A stretch of DNA of 64,000 bases from Trueperaceae bacterium (GTDB taxonomy: Bacteria; Deinococcota; Deinococci; Deinococcales; Trueperaceae): contig JAXHNB010000009.1 in NCBI GenBank assembly GCA_034520945.1, positions 1 to 64,000 of the forward strand, in the 5' to 3' direction. The translations under genes and the position numbers were made by a program. The first letter of the stretch is position 1. Each line of letters opens with the position of its first letter. The notes beneath the pieces are model-generated. The model ran no database searches. It worked only from the letters and a program-made list of their open reading frames with translations, and had not been told where the DNA came from. Shown here piece after piece: positions 29,084 through 39,065 of this stretch.

Positions 29084-30491
29084 CGATGGAGAAAAACCAC
29101 GCTTGCGCCCAGATGGCGTAGACGAGCAAGGCTGACGCGACGCCCCACGTGACGGGGGTCGCGGCCCGCACCATTCGCACGAACAACGACACGAGCAGAA
29201 CGACGAGCAGGGCCGTCGGGACGACACCATACGCGATCCAAAGGTCCAAGAGGTAGTTGTGGACCTTGTCGTGAATGACGGGCCGCCTGACTTCTTCACC
29301 GCTGACGGGATCACGGTACATGAGCACATTCTGTATGCGTTCGGCCGACCCCATCGCGCCCTCGGGAATCTCCATGCGCATCAGGCGCGCGGTCTCTGCT
29401 TCATTCGCGCTGCGCCACACCATGATGGTGAAAGAGCCCACCCCGTACGGCCGCAGGGGCTGCTGCGCGATCGCCCTCGACGCGACGCCCATGAAGGTCC
29501 GCCTAACCTCCCAGCTTCGTTGCCCGCTGTTCTCGATGACAGCGCCGCCCACGGAGGCCGCTCGCTCTTGAAGGTACGGGCTTGCCACGAGTCCGAGCGC
29601 GAACGCCATCACAACGCCAACGACGCCACCCACAGCGTACCGACGCCCCCAACCGGGCACCAGCCTCACAACCACCGCCACCAACCACACCACGAACACC
29701 CCGTACAACGCCGCCTCCGCAGCCACGCTCCCAGCACGAATTGCCGCGTACCACAGATACACGCTCGTGGCCAGCAACGCAATGCCGCGCCAGGGACCGC
29801 CCCGCGTCTTCGGCTCCACCAACAGGTTTACCACCAGTATCGCCGCCGTCGCGGCGAGTACAGACACGAATCCTGAGTTGCCCAGCGTCGACCTTGGCGG
29901 GCGCGCACCGAGTCCGTCCACACCCAGCCAGGCCCACACGTCGAATCCCCCAGCCTGCGCGACCGCAATCCCTCCGACCAGCACCGCCGCCCCCGCGTAC
30001 GCGGCGATCCCCAGGTAGGCGGCCCGCTCGGACAGGAACGACAAGCGCGCCATTGCACCCGAGATCAACAAGCAGGTCAGGAACAGAAATGCGCCGTCGA
30101 ACCTGAAATCGAATCCAAAAAAACCAATGCGTGTTGGTGTCTCAGTAGCAAGCACTGCCGACGCTGCAAACCCCAACGCAGCAAGGATCGCGACTCCCAC
30201 GACACGCTCTCGCGAATACGCCCGCGTTCCGCCCCGCACCGCGACCCCGACTCCACCCAGCCCTATAGCGATGACCGCGCAGAGCACCCCCACGGTCAAG
30301 CTAACCAACTTCGGCGTGACATAGAAACTTCCTTGCCCAATGAAACCGAACATGGGTCTTGGATCCACCGCGACCGCGTGCATCACCATGAAGCCGACCA
30401 TCAGCCATGCACCGACCCACACCCTGCTGCGCCTCGCGCCAAGCACCCGGTTTCCCTCCTCTGCGGCACCATCGTACGCCAATGCTTCCAC
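29001..30491 (-). CDS. O-antigen ligase / O-oligosaccharyltransferase (Wzy_C) family membrane protein
   Basis: About 11-12 TM segments; STLGNS; large loop with R...PYGVG...DKVHNYLLDLWIAYG; start uncertain. Confidence 0.7.
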   Translation of the reverse strand: MEALAYDGAAEEGNRVLGARRSRVWVGAWLMVGFMVMHAVAVDPRPMFGFIGQGSFYVTPKLVSLTVGVLCAVIAIGLGGVGVAVRGGTRAYSRERVVGVAILAALGFAASAVLATETPTRIGFFGFDFRFDGAFLFLTCLLISGAMARLSFLSERAAYLGIAAYAGAAVLVGGIAVAQAGGFDVWAWLGVDGLGARPPRSTLGNSGFVSVLAATAAILVVNLLVEPKTRGGPWRGIALLATSVYLWYAAIRAGSVAAEAALYGVFVVWLVAVVVRLVPGWGRRYAVGGVVGVVMAFALGLVASPYLQERAASVGGAVIENSGQRSWEVRRTFMGVASRAIAQQPLRPYGVGSFTIMVWRSANEAETARLMRMEIPEGAMGSAERIQNVLMYRDPVSGEEVRRPVIHDKVHNYLLDLWIAYGVVPTALLVVLLVSLFVRMVRAATPVTWGVASALLVYAIWAQAWFFSIAMEPLVFALLGVGWGEAERVLRSTRSI

Positions 30492-30560
30492 CCTGCCACG
30501 CCGAGGCTACCAGCCTCCTTCCCTCGCACCCCTTCGATTTTCGCAGCAAGCCATCATCAC

Positions 30561-30591
30561 AAAAACGGTGCCACCCCGTAGGGTGGCACCG
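30561..30591 (-). terminator. Rho-independent terminator of the large lipoprotein gene
   Basis: 11-bp stem CGGTGCCACCC / GGGTGGCACCG, 4-nt loop, followed by T5 on the minus strand. Confidence 0.85.
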
Positions 30592-30617
30592 CATCCAGGA
30601 TTTCCTGGCCTAGGGGC

Positions 30618-33600
30618 TTATGGGTTGATGACCGTCGTCTCTGAGACGGGCCCGACCGGTACGCTCTGCGTCCCGGGATTCCCGTACGTCAACTCAGCGT
30701 CCACGTCGAACTCACCGGTGTCAAGCGCTTCCGCTTCGATGACTACCCGGATCCACTCACCGGGGCTCACGTCAATGGCGTCGAACGTAACCACGTTTCC
30801 GGCAAGGGTCGCCCCAACGCCGGCAGGCGACGACCACGGATCGCTAACTCCACCGTCGGAACTCACGTAGAGGTCTGCTGTGCCCGTGAATCCCATCTGG
30901 TCAGGCGAGGAGCCACCAAGATCTTCAACCTCGATCACGACGTCCTGCGCAGGCTGATCGCCCACGTTCTGAGACGTGAACCGGTAGTAGTAGACGTCGT
31001 CGACATTGACGTTCTCGTTCTGCGGATCGCCCGGATCGCTGTCCGGTGCCTCTCCATTCGTCGACAGGTTCATCGACGGCTCGCCCGAGGGCGGCACGAC
31101 GGCGACCGGATCGCAGACATCCGGCAACGCGAGCCCCTCGACACTCCCACCGAAGCGGAAGTCGGAGCTGCTTGTCGCATCGACGCTCTCCTGGAGCCAC
31201 TCAGCGTCAGAATCGGTCGTGATCTGACTCTGGGTCCACGGTGCGTTCGACACCGTCGCGTACCACGTGTCGCCAACGTCCGCTTTACCGGGCTGGTTCA
31301 ACTGATCCGCACCGAGGTACAAGCAGTTGTTCCAAGCGTTGAACGTGCCTGCACCGCTCGTGACGATGTTGTCTTCCAACGGATCGGACGGGTCGTAGTC
31401 GGTGTCGCTGTTGTTGAGCGCGTTGCCCTCACCGTCGTCGCTCAGCAGATTGCCCGTGAGGGTCAACTGCGCCACGCCGGTCACACCAGCATCGAGCTCT
31501 GCCACGCTCCAGCTGACTTCCTTGTCGGTGCCAGCGTTCGAGGTGTCGATGGTACCGAGCGTGTCACCGTTCGCCGTGAACGGCGTACCGTTGGTGAAGT
31601 CGAGTCCGACCTCCCAGGCGTCCGTGACCTCGAGCCCTTGCGCGTACGCGTTGTTCCTCAACTCGTAGCCGGGGGCTTGATGACCGTCGCCTTGCGTGTC
31701 GTCTCCGAACTCCCACGGGTACAGCTCGCGCAGGAGCTCGTACGCTTCGCCGTCGTCGTCGGAACGATCCACATTCGTGATCGACAGCTCGTACGTCGCC
31801 GAAGCGCCGCGCTCCATTACGCTCTGACTGACCCGCTCCTTGGTGATCTCGAAGATCGGGCGCACCACCCAGATGTCGGACTCGTCGTCCTCGGGGCGAT
31901 ACTCGAACACGGGCTGCGAGCCGCTCACGTCGTCGGGCTCGAAGAAGCCCGCTGCCGTGACGCTCCCAGAGGCGCGTCCGTTGGTCACCGCGTACGGATC
32001 GGCGTAGCAGTCCGCAGGGTCGTCGGGCTGGACGTCGAAGTTGGCGCTGTCGGTGCTGTCCCAGCAGTACCCCGGCTTCTGACGTGCGTACACGTCGAAC
32101 TCGAGCTCGACCTGTTCATCCTGGAGCACGTCCTGCAAGGCCGGCGAAGAGTTGAAGTCCCACGTGACCACGTGGTTTTGGGAATCGTAGGTGCCGCCAT
32201 TGCTGATGGTGCTCTCGACGACGCCAAGCTCGGCCGGCACGGCGTCCCGAATGGTCACGTTGTAGATGTCGCTGCCACTGTCGTTCGACACCGTCACATG
32301 CACGGTAGACGTCCACGGATCAACCGATGCCGTCGACGCGTTCGCCGCATCGAGCGTGACGTCAGGGCCAGCCCACGTCAGAACGTGGTTGTCAACTTCC
32401 TTGTCGAGCGTGAGGAAGCCACCGACCCATTCCTTCGTGAAGGTGTAGTCCTTGAGCTCGAAGGTGTACAGCTCGTTGCCGTACGGGAACACCGCTACGT
32501 ACGTCGCCTCGACGTCCACTTCGATGGGCAGGTCCTCGAGTGAAACATCGTCGTCGGGGACCAACGACACGCCAGTCTGCGTGCCGGATGCAACGTCATC
32601 GATGCAGACGGAGCCGTCGTCACTCAAGGCGTCGCACCTCGTCTCGTTCCACGAAACGACATCGTCGTTCTCGCCGGACAGCTCGTACCTCATGTAACCA
32701 GGGAAGCCCGGGAAGTCCCACGCGTATCCGTAATCCGCGATGACGCTTTGCAACCCCGATCCACCATTCAGACCCAGGACCGTGGCGTCTGGGGTATTGC
32801 CTGGGGTTGCGCCGTTGAACAGGAATTCCTGCCAGCAGCCTTCCGGGAGGAAGGTCAACTCGCCTTCATCGTCGAACTCGATGTCGCAATCGAGCGTGTC
32901 CCCAACAGCGAACGGCCCTTCGGACGGCTGCTTCTGCAGCGCGAACGTACCGAAGTGGTGGGCATTGTCGCCTTGCGGATCCCAAATGTTGATGATCGTG
33001 CCAAAGTCGGCCCCGAGCCTCTGGTCGGTGTACTGGAGTTCGGGCTCGAAGTCTTCGTACTCGGCCTCCGGGCCCTGGGTCTCATCGACCCAACTTTCGG
33101 AGCCGACGAGCACGTAGTCCGGGGAGGACTCTTCCTCGTCGATCTGCTCCAGCGGGAACATCTCGCCGAGCCACAAGTGCGACATGTTCAGGAAGAACGT
33201 CTTGAACTCGACGCGCTTCGCGACATTGTCACCACCGACGGCGCTCACGATCAGCTTGGTCGGCTCGGCCTGGAACTCGTCGTCCTCAAAGGCGTTCAGG
33301 ATCTCCTGCCACGAAATGTCCGCGTTCGTCGCCTCGATGACGAAGTGCGCCATCCCCGCATCGTCCGTGACGAGGCCCTGGAAGGTCTGGGTCGCGGAGG
33401 CCGAAAGCCCGGCCGTCGGCTGCCCCGAGTAGATCGCGAGCGCGTCGCTGAAGTCGCCCGTAATGCTCACGGTGACCGGAGCGTTGGTCACGGGATCGCC
33501 GTTCTCGTCCAAGACGAGCACGGACACGCCGACCATCTCTTCGGTCTGCGCGGCGACAAGAGTCGCATCCTTGACGTCATTGACCTCGTCCACTGTGTCG

Positions 33601-34019
33601 TAGGCATTGCCGTCGACATCCGCGAAGCTCAACTCGAGAGAGTCGACGTTTGCGACACCTTCGCTCTCAGCCACGAGCGTGACGTTGACGACCGTCTCAT
33701 CGCCTGCAGACACCGTGACACTCTGTTGGCCACCGTCGAGATACCCATCCGCTGTCGCCTCGACGGCGTACGTGCCTGCGGCCACGTCGGGAATGGTGAA
33801 CGTACTAGCGTTGGATTGGCTTCCGAGCTCGTTGCCCTCGGAGTCCGTGACGACGATTTGGGCGTCGACGGGGTTACCGGTGTTGGCATCCGACACGTTG
33901 ACCACGAGGGTGCCCGTGTCAGGGCCGTTGCCTCCGTTGTCCCCGTCGTCGCTGGTCCCGCAGGCGGCCAGAATCATGGCCGACGCTACGAGCAGCAACA
34001 GATACTTGAGCATATTCAT
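30618..34019 (-). CDS. Large acidic surface lipoprotein with carboxypeptidase-regulatory-like and DUF11 Ig-like domains
   Basis: Lipobox ILAA-C; GTYAVEATADGY; VTVSNDSGSDIYNVTIRDAVP...VVTW; ATYELSITN; FTSQNVGDQPAQDVVIE; AGGAGG RBS. Confidence 0.78.
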   Translation of the reverse strand: MNMLKYLLLLVASAMILAACGTSDDGDNGGNGPDTGTLVVNVSDANTGNPVDAQIVVTDSEGNELGSQSNASTFTIPDVAAGTYAVEATADGYLDGGQQSVTVSAGDETVVNVTLVAESEGVANVDSLELSFADVDGNAYDTVDEVNDVKDATLVAAQTEEMVGVSVLVLDENGDPVTNAPVTVSITGDFSDALAIYSGQPTAGLSASATQTFQGLVTDDAGMAHFVIEATNADISWQEILNAFEDDEFQAEPTKLIVSAVGGDNVAKRVEFKTFFLNMSHLWLGEMFPLEQIDEEESSPDYVLVGSESWVDETQGPEAEYEDFEPELQYTDQRLGADFGTIINIWDPQGDNAHHFGTFALQKQPSEGPFAVGDTLDCDIEFDDEGELTFLPEGCWQEFLFNGATPGNTPDATVLGLNGGSGLQSVIADYGYAWDFPGFPGYMRYELSGENDDVVSWNETRCDALSDDGSVCIDDVASGTQTGVSLVPDDDVSLEDLPIEVDVEATYVAVFPYGNELYTFELKDYTFTKEWVGGFLTLDKEVDNHVLTWAGPDVTLDAANASTASVDPWTSTVHVTVSNDSGSDIYNVTIRDAVPAELGVVESTISNGGTYDSQNHVVTWDFNSSPALQDVLQDEQVELEFDVYARQKPGYCWDSTDSANFDVQPDDPADCYADPYAVTNGRASGSVTAAGFFEPDDVSGSQPVFEYRPEDDESDIWVVRPIFEITKERVSQSVMERGASATYELSITNVDRSDDDGEAYELLRELYPWEFGDDTQGDGHQAPGYELRNNAYAQGLEVTDAWEVGLDFTNGTPFTANGDTLGTIDTSNAGTDKEVSWSVAELDAGVTGVAQLTLTGNLLSDDGEGNALNNSDTDYDPSDPLEDNIVTSGAGTFNAWNNCLYLGADQLNQPGKADVGDTWYATVSNAPWTQSQITTDSDAEWLQESVDATSSSDFRFGGSVEGLALPDVCDPVAVVPPSGEPSMNLSTNGEAPDSDPGDPQNENVNVDDVYYYRFTSQNVGDQPAQDVVIEVEDLGGSSPDQMGFTGTADLYVSSDGGVSDPWSSPAGVGATLAGNVVTFDAIDVSPGEWIRVVIEAEALDTGEFDVDAELTYGNPGTQSVPVGPVSETTVINP

Positions 34020-34684
34020 TGCTTCCTCCTGCTTTGGGTTTTTTGCGACCACGTTTGTGTCATGGCTTTCAAGTGCGAACCCTCCCTTGACCTGAGCGGT
34101 CGTCTAGCTCCTCCGTCGCGATGTCGGCGCGCGGCCGAAGCCACCACGTAGGCGTGGCGCCCTAGGGTACCACGATACGGGCAACCCCCTCATGGAGCAA
34201 GACGAGAAAGGTTGCGAGCCACGCACGGGTCCTGCGTGTAGAGAACGGATGGTCACGAATGATCAGTCCCGCTGGTCGGAAACGCGAGTGGTCCGAGTTT
34301 CCTCTGCTTCCGAGCCCCGGGCACGTCACCCGCGCCAAGACTGCTGACGGTTGCCAGACCGCTGTCCCGCACCTCCTTCCGCGCCAGTCCACACAAGCGC
34401 CAACATCCGCCTGCGACTATCGCACGCGGACACGTCCCTGTCAACGAAAATGCCACTCCATGAGGGCTTCTTGTGAGCGAGTTCGCATTGGCACGGACGC
34501 ACTTGACCCACGCACTCGTGCCCAAACGCACAGGCCGGACGTGCTCCCGTCGCGGCCCAGGGTTGGCCGCGAGCCGCGGTCCGTGTGGCCTGTCGGCGCA
34601 CACGGACGCTGGACGGCACCTCGCGCGTCTCGCTCCCCCGCACGATCATGCGACGTTCGCGGGGAAAACCCTCATCTCCTTGCA

Positions 34685-36119
34685 TCATCTCACCTCCTTT
34701 CCAGCCACGGCCGTTTCGCCTCCCGACTCGGGTGCCTCGACGCTGGCGGCGAAGGTCGGCAACGTCACCACGAAGGTGGCGCCGTGCCCGGGCTCGGACC
34801 GGACCGCGATGGTCCCGCCGAGCAGCGTGGTCAGGCGACGGACGACGGCCAAGCCCAACCCGGTGCCGCCGGAGCCGGTGACGTAGCGACCGAAGATGGC
34901 CTCGCGCTCTTCCGGGCGCAGGCCGGGCCCGTCGTCCTCCACCTCGAGGCGGAGCGTCTCGCCCGGCAGGCTTTTGCCGTCGTCTGCTTCAGGCGGGCCG
35001 TCCTCGGGCGTCCCCACGCGCACGGTCACGCCCTGTGGCCGGCCGGCCGCGCGGACGGCGTTGCGCACCAGGTTGCGAAGCACCTGGCGCATCCGGACGG
35101 GATCCACGACCACCCGCAGGTCCGCGTCGTCCGCGTCCTGCGACCCGTCCACCAGGGGCACGCCCTCGAGGTGAACGCCGGGATAGGCAGCGGTGACCTG
35201 GCGCGCCAGCTGGCCCAGGTCCACCACCTCCCACGAAAGCTCGGCGTCCAGGTCACCGCGCGCCAACGTCAGCAGGTCCTTCGAGGCGTGCAACAACTCG
35301 TCGGAGGCGGCCTCGGCGGCGCGGAGGCGCTCGCGTTCCTCGGGGGTGGCAGCGTCGGACCACCGGCGGGCCAGATGGCTCAGGTGCCCCGTCACCACGG
35401 TGAGCGGCGCGGCCAACTCGTGCGCCACGTCCGCCAACCGTTCGCGTTCCGCCTGCCGGTACGACCGGATCGCGTCCAGGGCGCGGTTCAGGCCGCTCGC
35501 GACCATGCCGACCTCGTCCTGCGGCCCGTCGTAGCGGGCCATGTGCGGGTCGACGGGATCCACCGCCGACGCCTCCTGCGCCAGACGGGTGAGGGGCCGC
35601 AAGGTCCGCCGGACGGACAGCACCACGAAAGCTCCGGCCAGCAGCACGAACGCCGCCCCCGTCCAGGCCAGGGTGCGGCGGAGCGTGGCGCGGGCCGCGG
35701 CGGCGTCCGCCATCGACACCGCGATGCGGATGGTGCCGGCCTCCACGCCGGAGGGCAGCACCCACGGGGCGGAGGCCACCGTCCACGGGCCCCTCCTCCA
35801 CCTGCTGCAGGCGCTCGGCGTCCATGGGGGTCGGCTCCTGGGCCAGGGGGAGCGCCGGCTGGGTCGGGTCCGGCAGCTGCACCCGGCCGTCGCGGGACAC
35901 GAACTGCAGCATGAAGTCGTCGCGCGGCCCCAGCAGCCTCTCGCCCGGCGATCCCGCCTCCACGACCGACGCTACGCGCTCCAGGTCGCGTTGGGCCAGC
36001 GAGGCGTACTCGCGGCGTTGCAACTCGCCGAAGGCGGCGTCGGTGGTGAGAATCACCGCGGCGACCGTGACCACCAGCGTGCACAGCACCAGCAGGGTGA
36101 GGCGGTCCCTCAGGAGCAC
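34685..36119 (-). pseudogene. Sensor histidine kinase (HAMP-HisKA-HATPase) split by a 1-nt frameshift
   Basis: First TM and sensor region in the 36119 frame; TM2, H box DVAHELAAPL, N box NLVRNA and G boxes in the 34685..35779 frame; deleting one base at 35787-35793 joins them as EEGPWTVASAPW. Confidence 0.75.
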
Positions 36120-36159
36120 GCGGGGCGCCTCCTTCCCACACCGCGGGTCTTCGGGGCGC

Positions 36160-36819
36160 TCATGCGACCGTGTACCCCTTGCCGCGGACCGTCTGGATCA
36201 CGTCGTTCTCGCCCAGGTCCGCCAGTTTCCTGCGCACCTGCGACACGAACACCTGCACCGTGTTGGACTCCGGCAACTCGCCGTCGTAGAGGCGCCGTTC
36301 CAGCTCGTCGCGCGTGAACACCTTGCCGGGGTGCGCCAGCAACAGCCGCAGCAGTTCCGCCTCCCGCTCGGGCAGCACCACTTCGCGGCCGCCCGCCCGC
36401 AGGGTACGAGTCTCGACCTGCAGGCGCAGCGAGCCGTACTCGAGCACGTCGCTGCCGGCACTCTCGCGCATCCGGACGTGCACGCGCGCCACCAGTTCAC
36501 GCACGTCGAACGGCTTGGGGACGTAATCGCTGGCGCCGGCGTACAACCCGGCCACGCGGCTGTCCACGTCGGTGCGCGCGGTCAGCATCAAGATAGGCAC
36601 CTCGTCGTCGCGAAGCCGTTCCGCCACCTCGAGGCCGTCCATGTCCGGCAGGTTCAGGTCCAGCACGGCCAGGTCGAAGGCCTTGAGGGCCGCCTCGCCC
36701 AGGCCGTCGCCGCCCGTGCCGGCCTCGATCACCTCGTACCCCAGCGTCCGCAGCTCGCGGGCGACGAGGTCCCGCAGTGCGCCGTCGTCCTCGATGAACA
36801 GGATCCGTCCGCGCGTCAC
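36160..36819 (-). CDS. OmpR/PhoB-family response regulator
   Basis: IEDD; LDLNLPDMDG; DYVPKPF; IQTVRGKGY. Confidence 0.92.
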   Translation of the reverse strand: MTRGRILFIEDDGALRDLVARELRTLGYEVIEAGTGGDGLGEAALKAFDLAVLDLNLPDMDGLEVAERLRDDEVPILMLTARTDVDSRVAGLYAGASDYVPKPFDVRELVARVHVRMRESAGSDVLEYGSLRLQVETRTLRAGGREVVLPEREAELLRLLLAHPGKVFTRDELERRLYDGELPESNTVQVFVSQVRRKLADLGENDVIQTVRGKGYTVA

Positions 36820-37760
36820 GGCAGGTCCAGGTCGACCGATCCGGAAGCGTCGTCCTCATCTTCGTCGTCCTGATCTGCGTCCTCGCCGGACGCATCCTCG
36901 TCGCCTTCATCCTCGTCGTCGTCTTCCCCACCGACGTCCACGTCCGCATCCACGCCCACGTCGACGCCGCCGTCCCCGTCGTTCTGCTCGTCCGGGACGT
37001 CCTGGTCGTCTTGCTCGTCTTGGGCGGGCTCGTCGTCGCCGCCGTCCTGTGGCGCGTCCGAACCGGGGACGTCCGGCGCCTCGTCCGGAACGTCATCCGG
37101 CACCTCGTCCGGCAGGTCGGGGCGGGCGGGTCCGGCGCCGTCTTCGTCTCCGCCTTCGTCCTCGGGGTCGGCCTGCGGCGGGCGGCGATCGTCGTCCTGC
37201 CGTGGGCTGCCGTCGCCTGCCCCGTCGCCTGGGCGATCCCCCGGCGCGTCGGCGCTGCGGCCGGGCGCATCGTCGTCGGGTGCGCCCTCGGGCGCCGCGT
37301 CGGCAGCACCCCCGTCGCTCGCCTGGCTGGGCATTGCGTCCGGCAAGACCACCTGCCTGCGACCGTCGGGCCAGGACAGGCTCAGGATGCGCCCCTCGTC
37401 CGCCAGCGCGGCGGCCACGTCCACCTCGCTACCGCCGGCGTCCGTGAGCGTCAGCGACTGTCCATTCCACCGACCCCGGTACGGCTGCGAAGCTCCCTCC
37501 GGCGTGACCACCACGACGCGGAACTCCGCCAGCTCCTCCGACAGTTCCAGGTTCAGGCCGGACTCGCTCAGCGTGCCGTACCCGACGAACCGACTGCCGC
37601 TGGTGTCGGTGATCAGCACCTCGCTGCCGAGGGGCGGCGAGAACGCCAAGACCCAGGCCGTGCAGGCCAAGGCCAGCACCCCCAGGACCAGGCGCCGCGC
37701 CACCTCGGAAGACCCGTGCCCCCCCTGCGTACTTCGAACTGTCTTCGGCCGAACGATCAT
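36816..37760 (-). CDS. Exported protein with D/E/P-rich low-complexity tail
   Basis: AGGAGG RBS; hydrophobic signal segment; beta-rich N domain; acidic tail; overlaps the regulator start. Confidence 0.7.
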   Translation of the reverse strand: MIVRPKTVRSTQGGHGSSEVARRLVLGVLALACTAWVLAFSPPLGSEVLITDTSGSRFVGYGTLSESGLNLELSEELAEFRVVVVTPEGASQPYRGRWNGQSLTLTDAGGSEVDVAAALADEGRILSLSWPDGRRQVVLPDAMPSQASDGGAADAAPEGAPDDDAPGRSADAPGDRPGDGAGDGSPRQDDDRRPPQADPEDEGGDEDGAGPARPDLPDEVPDDVPDEAPDVPGSDAPQDGGDDEPAQDEQDDQDVPDEQNDGDGGVDVGVDADVDVGGEDDDEDEGDEDASGEDADQDDEDEDDASGSVDLDLP

Positions 37761-37849
37761 CGGCGCTCCTCCTTCGAGTTTTCCTCATCATGCCGGCCCC
37801 CCGCGTGGCGCGTGGGGCTCTGGGCTCACAGCCCAGTGCACCGTGCCGA

Positions 37850-37921
37850 CCTGAAGGCCGCCTGAAGCGCGCCCCAGCCGGGCCACACCGAGCCGGCGGC
37901 TCGACTTCAGCGAGGCTTAAG
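37850..37921. promoter_or_regulatory. Two oppositely oriented 11-bp-period direct repeats (OmpR-type boxes)
   Basis: CCTGAAG at 37850 and 37861; CTTCAG at 37905 and CTTAAG at 37916. Confidence 0.55.
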
Positions 37922-38024
37922 CAACGGCGTCCAAGGTGAAGGGTGAACGCGCCAGGAGAAGGCGCGGGAGGCGCAGGCGACGCCCATCAGGGACGCACCG
38001 CACGCGCCGGAAAGGAGACGAACA

Positions 38025-38921
38025 ATGTTCAAGCGACTTACGTTCACGGTGATGCTGGTCTTGTTCCTGCCGCTCGCGGCAGCGCAGGAGGTCAGCGCTG
38101 AGTCGACGCTCGAGGCGGAGGGGAACCTCACGTTCTACGACGGCGAGGGCAACGTCCTTGACCTGGACGGCGAGCTTTCGCAGGCGACGAGCGTGGAGTT
38201 CACCACCGAGAGTGGCAACACGTTCACCTTCGACCTCGAAGGCGGCGCCGAGTCGGTCGCCGACATGCGCGTGAACGTCGACAGCGACGACGGCGAGGCG
38301 CCGAGCCTGGCGTCGATCGTGGCGCGCCTGACCGCTGCCGAGCGGCAAGAGCTCGACGTGACCACGATGGTCGAGGACGGCATCGTGACCTACGTGGCGA
38401 TCTCCGGCCCGGCCGGTCCCGCAAAGAGCTCGGTCAGCGTCGACGGTGAGGAAGAAACCGACGTCGAGGCCGACGCGGAAATTGAAGGCGATGCCGAAGC
38501 GAAAGTCGGCGCCAGCGTCTCGGTAAACGTGAACGAGGAGACGGGCGAGACCACCCAAACCGTCGATACGCCCTCGGGCGCGACCGTGACCGTGACGAAG
38601 GACACCGACGTCGAAGGTGAAGAGAACGCCGGCGCCAGCGTCGAAGTGGAACTTCCCGACACGCCCGGCGCCTCCGACGAGCGCCCCGAGGACGAGGGCC
38701 AACGTCCGGACGAGCCCGGCCAGCCCGAAGACGAAGAAGACGGCGACGACAACGGCGCGGACGCCGAGGCGGAAGCCGAAGCGGAGACCGAAGCCGAAGG
38801 CAGCGCCGAGGTCGGCGAAGAGAACAGCCCTGACGCCGAGGGCAAAGCCGAAGTCGAAGTCGACATGGACGTCGACGCGGACGGCGAAGTCGACGTCGGC
38901 CAGGGCGGCGACGAAGACTGA
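38025..38921 (+). CDS. Secreted highly acidic protein
   Basis: Signal peptide ending AAA-QE; AGGAG RBS; E/D/A/V-rich mature region. Confidence 0.75.
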   Translation: MFKRLTFTVMLVLFLPLAAAQEVSAESTLEAEGNLTFYDGEGNVLDLDGELSQATSVEFTTESGNTFTFDLEGGAESVADMRVNVDSDDGEAPSLASIVARLTAAERQELDVTTMVEDGIVTYVAISGPAGPAKSSVSVDGEEETDVEADAEIEGDAEAKVGASVSVNVNEETGETTQTVDTPSGATVTVTKDTDVEGEENAGASVEVELPDTPGASDERPEDEGQRPDEPGQPEDEEDGDDNGADAEAEAEAETEAEGSAEVGEENSPDAEGKAEVEVDMDVDADGEVDVGQGGDED

Positions 38922-39065
38922 GCCTTACGGGCCTTCTCTCAGCACGTGACCGAGCGTCGCGTGCAGGTCCGAGTGACGACGCGGTGGGCGAACGTGCCCA
39001 CCGCGTCATTGTTTTGGCTGCGCCAGCAAAAACGTGCGCCCGCGCGGCGCGCCACGACCGATGGC

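Noticed and set aside
34300..34370. c-di-AMP or c-di-GMP riboswitch in the long intergenic region
   Set aside because: Only a short CCGTCAGC-like match; the other conserved elements are missing
28900..34700. Integrative mobile element explaining the lower-GC block
   Set aside because: No integrase, transposase, tRNA or flanking direct repeats seen; kept only as a compositional anomaly
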